Assembly: GCA_965178125.1 (NCBI GenBank)
Contig: OZ237768.1
Location: 734,967-754,966, forward strand
Length of the DNA: 20,000 nt
From: Bilabrum cf. latius
Lineage: Eukaryota
Direction of reading: 5' to 3'
This document shows positions 10,253-19,072 of this stretch, piece after piece. Within the stretch, counting starts at the first letter, position 1. The number at the start of each line of letters is the position of its first letter. Below the pieces are notes generated by a model, which did no database searches, was not told the DNA's origin, and saw nothing but the letters and a program-made list of their open reading frames with translations. Made by a program: the position numbers and the translations under genes.

Positions 10253-12862
10253 ATGGCGTACAATTCCCGCTTTCCGGGATCTGCCTATGACCTGGTGCCG
10301 GCTGCTTCGAACGTCATAACTCAAGCACACATCAGTGTGTTTGACCGGAGAGTATATATCGGACCAAGCGCAAACGACCACACTTCGAGATGCGACTAGC
10401 CTGCGAAGAATTGGTTCAGTTCACAAAACGTCCTGGCTAGCACTGGGAGTAGCGTAGAATCCGTAGTGTTATGGGGGGCAGGTCCGCGGCTGGGTCTTGA
10501 TGCTCGGACGCAATGGGGTTGGGTCATGCGAGGCCCGGGAGGCAATGCATCGGTCGTGCAGCTGATCGCGGACCTGCATGAAAACCAGCCTGGCGTGCAG
10601 GTCCTGCTGGGCTACGTGGTGAGCTGGGCCCACTGTCCGCTCGTATCTTCCCAACCGCCTTTCGATGGCATGGCTTCATCGCTTTATCGTGCTCTTACCC
10701 CTTATCGACCGCAGCCCTGGGACAATGCCACGTTCGGCACGCAGACGCCGGCAACGCCAGATGAAGGTAGGACCAGCAGTAGCAAGGGGCTGGCAGCCTC
10801 TCTGTGCGGGGCCCTGCTTGACCTATTGGCCGAGTGGGGGGCGGATGGGGTGTATGGCCTGGGCGTGGGGACCTTCGACTCGTCCTGCCGAGAGCGGAAC
10901 GAGACGTTGTCCGGTATTCGTATCGGAGTGGACGCTTACGTGCTGCAAGGCGATGCACCCATGCAGGTGGACGGAGAGGGCTTGGCCCCTCTCTCGTATC
11001 AGTCCACATCTGCACTAGCCTGGGTAGACGGGGAGGTGCCCGATGCGGCGCAGGGTACAATGCACAGCTCATATCTGCTCGCTGAACGTTCAACTGCCAC
11101 ACCAGATCTGGATTCATCGTTTGCAGCCACGCAGCAAGTGCAGTATCCATGGCTGCGGTTCATGGAGCGAAGGCACCAGCCCTTGGTGGGCAGCGCTTTC
11201 TTCTCGCGCAGGACGTGGCAAGTGACCGCAGCTTTCCTGGCAGGTGGAGGCATGCAGGTGCGAGAAGAGGCGTGGGGCGCGATGCCCAATCCACTGCGAC
11301 CCAGGGACCGAGAAAGGGTGAGGAGGGCAGGTGTGATGCTGGCGCAGGTAAGGGATATCGCCCACGGGGCTTCACTCCGTATTTCGTAGGTACCGAGGCA
11401 TCCACAGGAACAGGCTGGGAGAGGAGTAGCCGCGCCCCCGGTGAATGGTACGCTACTGCCCTACTGGCCCGTGTTAGCCGGCGGCAACTCCACCGATGCA
11501 CTGGCCACTGCCGTCACTGGCCCGTGCCCCACTTCTCTTGGCTTCGACAGCGCCACTGAGGGGTTGTGTGCGCTGTGGCTCGTGGCAGGACCACCGAGTG
11601 AATCGCACGACGATGCTCCGGTGAGGGTCAGGCTTAATGCGTCCATCTGCTCTAGCGTGCAGGGCGGGGATTCTGGCGGAGCTGGCTGCGGCCTCGCCGT
11701 GAACCTCTACTCGGGGGCAAACGAAACGGTCAATCAGACTGGGGCGGCCCCCACGGACTGGACCATTGATGTCCACGTGCTACCGGGCGCATTTGCAGCG
11801 GTAGTTGGTGCACCAAGCAGCGGGGGGCTCGTGAAAGCAGCAGGCAAGAATGCCTAGAGCTTCATCAAGCCGCTGTCATCATTTGCAGACGTGTGGAATC
11901 AACCCATCGGCAGGCACGAACCAGTTTCTCCGTCGTAGCCTAGGTCCTCATCGCCGGCTGGAACTGTGCTGGTGCCAGGCAGCTTCTCTTTCCCGTTCCA
12001 GTCAAGGCTGCTGCTCCCACTTGAGTTTGCAGACGCACCAGACGCGATCGCTTCCGGGAACACGGGCTCTGAGGGCTTCAGCGGAGTGCAGTACCCATGG
12101 TCCTCCCGAAGGCGACCTGTCGCGAGCAAGACGCTGGCTGTCTCCCCGTTCTACGCAGACTAGCAGCTGGTGACCAACCGGTAGTTCTCCGCTTACCTTA
12201 GCCAATCACGGTTCTTGCCCAACTGCACTCGCAATTGGCTCGCGCACTGGGACAGATCTGATGTAACACCGGCGCAGTTGCGGGGGGGCAGCCATGCGCA
12301 AGGAAGCACGGCACCTGCTCCTTCCAAAGAAATCCTGGATCGGCCGGTGGTGTGGGTGAGCCGCGGCGATGCAGATGCGTTCTGCCGGTTCCAAGGGAAA
12401 AGGCTGCCGCGTGAGTGGGAGTGGGCGGCAATGGCTACGATGGATGGCAAAGGCAGGGTGGACTACAATGAGTTTCCCTGGGGGAACGACACGTGCTCAC
12501 CGGGAGACTCCAGGTGTGCGTCCAATGTGACAGATCCGGCACTCGGGCTGGCTGGTCCCTCTGAGGACGTCGGGAAGCACTTGACCGGGAATAGCCCTCT
12601 TGGAATCCAAGACCTCGTTGGGCTAGTGTGGCAGCATACAGATGCGATCTGTGATGCCTTCACGTGCAGCAGTGTTCTAAAAGGCGGATCCTAGTACCGG
12701 CCTGAAGTAATCGCAGGAAAGTACGCCAAATACGTGCGATCAGGCCCTCAATCGGTCTGGGCTGCCATGCTGCTGCCTCTGCTGGATGATGCGTCAGGGA
12801 GGTCGGCTTTCGTTGGATTCAGGTGTGTGGCCGATACACCGGCTTTCCAGTCGGAGGATTGA
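10253..12862 (+). CDS. Large protein with C-terminal FGE-sulfatase (SUMF1/C-type lectin-like fold) domain, at least 869 aa; 7 in-frame TAG; start uncertain
   Basis: ORFs 10466..11389, 11441..11857, 11966..12163 and 12215..12694 share one frame, joined over TAG at 10397, 11387, 11855, 11936, 12161, 12182 and 12692. FGE motifs: FYAD..LVTNR.F, PVVWVSRGDADAFC...KRLPREWEW, FPWGN, NSPLGIQDLVGLVWQ, VLKGGS, and VGFRCVAD after the last TAG. Ends TGA 12860-62. The frame is open back to 10070 (one more TAG at 10193). Confidence 0.85.
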
Positions 12863-13554
12863 TGGTGCCGAGGCCTCATTACTGCTTGGAAAAGTGCGCC
12901 CAAGGGTGCTTGCTTGTTGTCATTTGTCCGACCACGTGACTGACATTTTATCCTTTACGCTGAATTCGAATCCTGAGCGCGGGATGGCCAGTACCTAGGT
13001 ACGTATTCTTGGTAGCTGTGCTTGGACGTCAGGATCGAAGCGACAGGGAGCATAGATGAGCCAGCAGTCGAGGTGTGCGCAGACGGACAGGAGTTGGAAA
13101 GGAACAAGAGGGGGCACCGGCACAGGCGACGACAGTGCGGTGTCAATAGGGAGAACACAGCGGGAGGAAGGTGACCCTAGGTGCCAGGCACAAGGGAGGC
13201 GTGAGTGCCAGCGGGCTGCATGGCCAACAGCGCGCAGAGGGCCAACAGGCGGGAAGATGGATGGGTATCATGGCAGGTCGGCAAGGACCAGTGCATGCAA
13301 GCTGACAGGACAGAGCCAAGGTGGTGATGCGGGAGCAGCGCACACGAACCCTAATATTGGGAAATGACTGCAGATATAGTTAAATTAGTTATGTATCTTA
13401 GTCTAGACTCTAGAATCAAAGGATATGCTATAGCTGATCCGTAACCGTACGCTTGTCGTCCAAATATCATGCCTTCATTCCATTGGATGCCGCTATCGAC
13501 CCCCCTAATATCCGTATACGTCAGTGCCCCTACGGGTAGCCTAACCTAACCCGA

Positions 13555-13668
13555 ACATGCCACCACCCAATCACTCCCATCCAGGGCACGGACATGCCAC
13601 CCCCCAATCACTCCCATCCAGGGCACGGACATACCACCCCCCAATCACTCCCATCCAGGACACGGACA
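13555..13668 (+). repeat. Subtelomeric 37-bp tandem repeat, 3 copies plus 3 nt, next to the first telomeric tract
   Basis: ACATGCCACCMCCCAATCACTCCCATCCAGGGCACGG starts at 13555, 13592 and 13629, with only a few mismatches between copies. Confidence 0.93.
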
Positions 13669-13670
13669 GG

Positions 13671-14388
13671 TTAGGGGGGTTTAGGGTTAGGGTTAGGGTT
13701 AGGGTTAGGGTTAGGGTTAGGGTTAGGGTTAGGGTTAGGGTTAGGGTTAGGGTTAGGGTTAGGGTTAGGGTTAGGGTTAGGGTTAGGGTTAGGGTTAGGG
13801 TTAGGGTTAGGGTTAGGGTTAGGGTTAGGGTTAGGGTTAGGGTTAGGGTTAGGGTTAGGGTTAGGGTTAGGGTTAGGGTTAGGGTTAGGGTTAGGGTTAG
13901 GGTTAGGGTTAGGGTTAGGGTTAGGGTTAGGGTTAGGGTTAGGGTTAGGGTTAGGGTTAGGGTTAGGGTTAGGGTTAGGGTTAGGGTTAGGGTTAGGGTT
14001 AGGGTTAGGGTTAGGGTTAGGGTTAGGGTTAGGGTTAGGGTTAGGGTTAGGGTTAGGGTTAGGGTTAGGGTTAGGGTTAGGGTTAGGGTTAGGGTTAGGG
14101 TTAGGGTTAGGGTTAGGGTTAGGGTTAGGGTTAGGGTTAGGGTTAGGGTTAGGGTTAGGGTTAGGGTTAGGGTTAGGGTTAGGGTTAGGGTTAGGGTTAG
14201 GGTTAGGGTTAGGGTTAGGGTTAGGGTTAGGGTTAGGGTTAGGGTTAGGGTTAGGGTTAGGGTTAGGGTTAGGGTTAGGGTTAGGGTTAGGGTTAGGGTT
14301 AGGGTTAGGGTTAGGGTTAGGGTTAGGGTTAGGGTTAGGGTTAGGGTTAGGGTTAGGGTTAGGGTTAGGGTTAGGGTTAGGGTTAGGG
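13671..14388 (+). repeat. Telomeric repeat tract 1: irregular TTAGGGGGGT start, then 118 x TTAGGG
   Basis: Perfect TTAGGG from 13681 to 14388 (708 bp). Confidence 0.98.
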
Positions 14389-14445
14389 TATCTAATATAA
14401 AGTCAGGGACAGGGTCGGGGAAAAAATATTTTCATCTTCAAAATA

Positions 14446-15201
14446 TGTCGAATTTTCGCGGATTGAGATCTCGGCAACTACTGGTGATATGAAGATGATT
14501 CGAACGGCAATAGGACGGCCGTAGGGCACAACATGGGGCAAAATTTTGTCAGGTTCCGTTTAAGTCGCGCGGCGCCGATATTGGGGTTTGAAGGTTTTGG
14601 TGTCGAATTTTCGCGGATTGAGATCTCGGCAACTACTGGTGATATGAAGATGATTCGAACGGCAATAGGATGGCCGTAGGGCACAACATGGGGCAAAATT
14701 TTGTCAGGTTCCGTTTAAGTCGCGCGGCGCCGATATTGGGGTCTGAAGGTTTTGGTGTCGAATTTTCGCGGATTGAGATCTCGGCAACTACTGGTGATAT
14801 GAAGATGATTCGAACGGCAATAGGATGGCCGTAGGGCACAACATGGGGCAAAAGTTTGTCAGGTTCCGTTTAAGTCGCGCGGCGCCGATATTGGGGTTTG
14901 AAGGTTTTGGTGTCGAATTTTCGCGGATTGAGATCTCGGCAACTACTGGTGATATGAAGATGATTCGAACGGCAATAGGATGGCCGTAGGGCACAACATG
15001 GGGCAAAATTTTGTCAGGTTCCGTTTAAGTCGCGCGGCGCCGATATTGGGGTTTGAAGGTTTTGGTGTCGAATTTTCGCGGATTGAGATCTCGGCAACCA
15101 CGGCAGATATGAAGATGATTTAAACTGCATGTGGACGGGGCAGGGGCATAGCATGATTTATTTGTACCTCAGGTTCCGTTCCGGTCGTGCGGCATCGATA
15201 T
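14446..15201. repeat. 155-bp tandem array: 4 near-perfect units plus 1 degenerate partial unit
   Basis: TGTCGAATTTTCGCGGATTGAGATCTCGG recurs at 14446, 14601, 14756, 14911 and 15066; the last unit diverges after about 33 nt. Confidence 0.96.
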
Positions 15202-15455
15202 CTTTAAGTGATTGGGACATATCTGTATGATATGCATTTTTAAATGTAAGTAGTAGTATGGATGTGGTGGATACAATTATGTTGTTTGATTGCGTTGATA
15301 GCAGATATTCGTTGGCCTATAGTCAAGACTAAACAGAATGCCTCTTGGCTCCTACTATTATGTCCTAACGGGTCACTGGCTGGCACTTTGGCAAGCTCCT
15401 CTCACAAGCTGGCCCAGCTGCCACTGACCTCAATTGCCATCCGATTGGCTGCTTT

Positions 15456-16043
15456 TCACTCGTCATCGGAGGAGGGTTCCGCACCGACAGCTGCCAGGAG
15501 CGCCTCCACAGCGTCCACGGCCTCCGCATTGAGATCTCCTTCAGCCGTCTTCTCGAGGGCCGTCATCAGGTCTGCGAGCGTGCCAATTCCGTGGTCCCTC
15601 TCTTCAATTGTTTCCTCCACGTCCTCGACCATATCGTCGAGAGTCCGGCTGACGCCCAGCGCGGTGTCATCGCAGGCAGCGAGGATGCGGTCCAGCAGGT
15701 CCCGCTGCTAGTCGGTGAAGCCGTTGTCCTCCACTCCACCGTCGTTCTCAGCGTCGTCTTGCTGGTTCTGGGCCTCGTTCTCTTCTTCCTCATCCAGCTC
15801 GTCCCCATCCTCCTCGTCCTGCTGCACGAGCCCTATCGGAGCCTCATCCTCGTCCTCCTCTCCGGCTGCGTCTGCGTGGTACCGACCACCGATCTCCTCT
15901 TCATCTTCCTCAGAGTCCTGTCGAGGCAGTGATGCTGCTGCTCCACTCCTTGCGCCACTTGCTCCCCGCTTCTCCTGTTCAACGGCGTGGCGAGCTCCTC
16001 CGCCATAGCCCGGTTGGAGAACGGGCGATCGCTTGGGTTGCAT
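15456..16043 (-). CDS. Element-encoded acidic protein, 195 aa from ATG 16043; the frame is open upstream to the telomere junction, so probably the 3' part of a truncated gene
   Basis: ORF 15708..16043 reads through TAG 15708-10 into QRDLLDRILAACDDTALGVSRTLDDMVEDVEETIEERDHGIGTLADLMTALEKTAEGDLNAEAVDAVEALLAAVGAEPSSDDE and stops at TGA 15456-58. Upstream of the ATG the frame reads (TAG)ARTKAAGKSKSKSKGKAKSKGARSAEP(TAG)GRHAEAAPPAK. Confidence 0.65.
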
Positions 16044-16167
16044 CTTAGCCGGAGGCGCGGCTTCAGCGTGCCTGCCCTACGGCTCTGCCGATCGGGCACC
16101 CTTGCTCTTCGCCTTGCCCTTCGACTTGCTCTTCGACTTGCCCGCGGCCTTGGTCCTGGCCTAGGGG

Positions 16168-16170
<3 letters not shown>

Positions 16171-16199
<29 letters not shown>
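16171..16199 (+). repeat. G29 homopolymer at the element/telomere junction
   Basis: CTAGGGGTTA-G29-TTAGGG read directly. Confidence 0.9.
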
Positions 16200-16202
<3 letters not shown>

Positions 16203-17135
16203 GGGTTAGGGTTAGGGTTAGGGTTAGGGTTAGGGTTAGGGTTAGGGTTAGGGTTAGGGTTAGGGTTAGGGTTAGGGTTAGGGTTAGGGTTAGGGTTAGG
16301 GTTAGGGTTAGGGTTAGGGTTAGGGTTAGGGTTAGGGTTAGGGTTAGGGTTAGGGTTAGGGTTAGGGTTAGGGTTAGGGTTAGGGTTAGGGTTAGGGTTA
16401 GGGTTAGGGTTAGGGTTAGGGTTAGGGTTAGGGTTAGGGTTAGGGTTAGGGTTAGGGTTAGGGTTAGGGTTAGGGTTAGGGTTAGGGTTAGGGTTAGGGT
16501 TAGGGTTAGGGTTAGGGTTAGGGTTAGGGTTAGGGTTAGGGTTAGGGTTAGGGTTAGGGTTAGGGTTAGGGTTAGGGTTAGGGTTAGGGTTAGGGTTAGG
16601 GTTAGGGTTAGGGTTAGGGTTAGGGTTAGGGTTAGGGTTAGGGTTAGGGTTAGGGTTAGGGTTAGGGTTAGGGTTAGGGTTAGGGTTAGGGTTAGGGTTA
16701 GGGTTAGGGTTAGGGTTAGGGTTAGGGTTAGGGTTAGGGTTAGGGTTAGGGTTAGGGTTAGGGTTAGGGTTAGGGTTAGGGTTAGGGTTAGGGTTAGGGT
16801 TAGGGTTAGGGTTAGGGTTAGGGTTAGGGTTAGGGTTAGGGTTAGGGTTAGGGTTAGGGTTAGGGTTAGGGTTAGGGTTAGGGTTAGGGTTAGGGTTAGG
16901 GTTAGGGTTAGGGTTAGGGTTAGGGTTAGGGTTAGGGTTAGGGTTAGGGTTAGGGTTAGGGTTAGGGTTAGGGTTAGGGTTAGGGTTAGGGTTAGGGTTA
17001 GGGTTAGGGTTAGGGTTAGGGTTAGGGTTAGGGTTAGGGTTAGGGTTAGGGTTAGGGTTAGGGTTAGGGTTAGGGTTAGGGTTAGGGTTAGGGTTAGGGT
17101 TAGGGTTAGGGTTAGGGTTAGGGTTAGGGTTAGGG
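16200..17135 (+). repeat. Telomeric repeat tract 2: 156 x TTAGGG
   Basis: Perfect TTAGGG over 936 bp. Confidence 0.98.
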
Positions 17136-17192
17136 TATCTAATATAAAGTCAGGGACAGGGTCGGGGAAAAAATATTTTCATCTTCAAAATA

Positions 17193-18103
17193 TGTCGAAT
17201 TTTCGCGGATTGAGATCTCGGCAACTACTGGTGATATGAAGATGATTCGAACGGCAATAGGACGGCCGTAGGGCACAACATGGGGCAAAATTTTGTCAGG
17301 TTCCGTTTAAGTCGCGCGGCGCCGATATTGGGGTTTGAAGGTTTTGGTGTCGAATTTTCGCGGATTGAGATCTCGGCAACTACTGGTGATATGAAGATGA
17401 TTCGAACGGCAATAGGATGGCCGTAGGGCACAACATGGGGCAAAAGTTTGTCAGGGTCCGTTTAAGTCGCGCGGCGCCGATATTGGGGTTTGAAGGTTTT
17501 GGTGTCGAATTTTCGCGGATTGAGATCTCGGCAACTACTGGTGATATGAAGATGATGCGAACGGCAATAGGATGGCCGTAGGGCACAACATGGGGCAAAA
17601 GTTTGTCAGGGTCCGTTTAAGTCGCGCGGCGCCGATATTGGGGTTTGAAGGTTTTGGTGTCGAATTTTCGCGGATTGAGATCTCGGCAACTACTGGTGAT
17701 ATGAAGATGATGCGAACGGCAATAGGATGGCCGTAGGGCACAACATGGGGCAAAAGTTTGTCAGGTTCCGTTTAAGTCGCGCGGCGCCGATATTGGGGTT
17801 TGAAGGTTTTGGTGTCGAATTTTCGCGGATTGAGATCTCGGCAACTACTGGTGATATGAAGATGATTCGAACGGCAATAGGATGGCCGTAGGGCACAACA
17901 TGGGGCAAAATTTTGTCAGGTTCCGTTTAAGTCGCGCGGCGCCGATATTGGGGTTTGAAGGTTTTGGTGTCGAATTTTCGCGGATTGAGATCTCGGCAAC
18001 CACGGCAGATATGAAGATGATTTAAACTGCATGTGGACGGGGCAGGGGCATAGCATGATTTATTTGTACCTCAGGTTCCGTTCCGGTCGTGCGGCATCGA
18101 TAT
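17193..18103. repeat. 155-bp tandem array: 5 near-perfect units plus 1 degenerate partial unit
   Basis: Unit starts at 17193, 17348, 17503, 17658, 17813 and 17968 (degenerate). Confidence 0.96.
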
Positions 18104-18357
18104 CTTTAAGTGATTGGGACATATCTGTATGATATGCATTTTTAAATGTAAGTAGTAGTATGGATGTGGTGGATACAATTATGTTGTTTGATTGCGTTGA
18201 TAGCAGATATTCGTTGGCCTATAGTCAAGACTAAACAGAATGCCTCTTGGCTCCTACTATTATGTCCTAACGGGTCACTGGCTGGCACTTTGGCAAGCTC
18301 CTCTCACAAGCTGGCCCAGCTGCCACTGACCTCAATTGCCATCCGATTGGCTGCTTT

Positions 18358-18945
18358 TCACTCGTCATCGGAGGAGGGTTCCGCACCGACAGCTGCCAGG
18401 AGCGCCTCCACAGCGTCCACGGCCTCCGCATTGAGATCTCCTTCAGCCGTCTTCTCGAGGGCCGTCATCAGGTCTGCGAGCGTGCCAATTCCGTGGTCCC
18501 TCTCTTCAATTGTTTCCTCCACGTCCTCGACCATATCGTCGAGAGTCCGGCTGACGCCCAGCGCGGTGTCATCGCAGGCAGCGAGGATGCGGTCCAGCAG
18601 GTCCCGCTGCTAGTCGGTGAAGCCGTTGTCCTCCACTCCACCGTCGTTCTCAGCGTCGTCTTGCTGGTTCTGGGCCTCGTTCTCTTCTTCCTCATCCAGC
18701 TCGTCCCCATCCTCCTCGTCCTGCTGCACGAGCCCTATCGGAGCCTCATCCTCGTCCTCCTCTCCGGCTGCGTCTGCGTGGTACCGACCACCGATCTCCT
18801 CTTCATCTTCCTCAGAGTCCTGTCGAGGCAGTGATGCTGCTGCTCCACTCCTTGCGCCACTTGCTCCCCGCTTCTCCTGTTCAACGGCGTGGCGAGCTCC
18901 TCCGCCATAGCCCGGTTGGAGAACGGGCGATCGCTTGGGTTGCAT
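18358..18945 (-). CDS. Element-encoded acidic protein, second copy
   Basis: Matches 15456..16043 at offset 2902; internal TAG 18610-12, TGA 18358-60. Confidence 0.65.
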
Positions 18946-19069
18946 CTTAGCCGGAGGCGCGGCTTCAGCGTGCCTGCCCTACGGCTCTGCCGATCGGGCA
19001 CCCTTGCTCTTCGCCTTGCCCTTCGACTTGCTCTTCGACTTGCCCGCGGCCTTGGTCCTGGCCTAGGGG

Positions 19070-19072
<3 letters not shown>

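Larger units (their letters stand above)
14389..16199 (-). mobile_element. Telomere-embedded repeated element, copy 1 (1811 bp); candidate 5'-truncated/non-autonomous telomeric retroelement or Y'-like unit
   Basis: Flanked on both sides by long TTAGGG tracts; near-identical to 17136..19101 including both junctions. The repeat structure is certain. Mobility is inferred, as no RT, endonuclease or helicase motif is visible. Confidence 0.65.

Noticed and set aside
1-12862. Cluster of pseudogenes or RIP-like C->T damage explaining the internal stops
   Set aside because: C->T decay would also create TAA (from CAA) and TGA (from CGA), plus frameshifts. Only TAG occurs internally, and the conserved motifs are intact.
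12984-13367. 127-aa + strand ORF obtained by reading through TAG at 12996 and 13053
   Set aside because: Short, no recognisable motif, and such frames arise easily when TAG is not a stop.
14446-15201. CRISPR array, or tandem hammerhead ribozymes as in Penelope-like elements
   Set aside because: There are no unique spacers. No intact CUGANGA...GAAA core is found on either strand (closest: CUGACAA on minus, AUGAAGA on plus). A covariance-model search is still worthwhile.
14478-17908. Repeated 72-aa ORFs MPHVVPYGHP...
   Set aside because: By-products of the 155-bp array; they overlap each other and shift frame in each unit.
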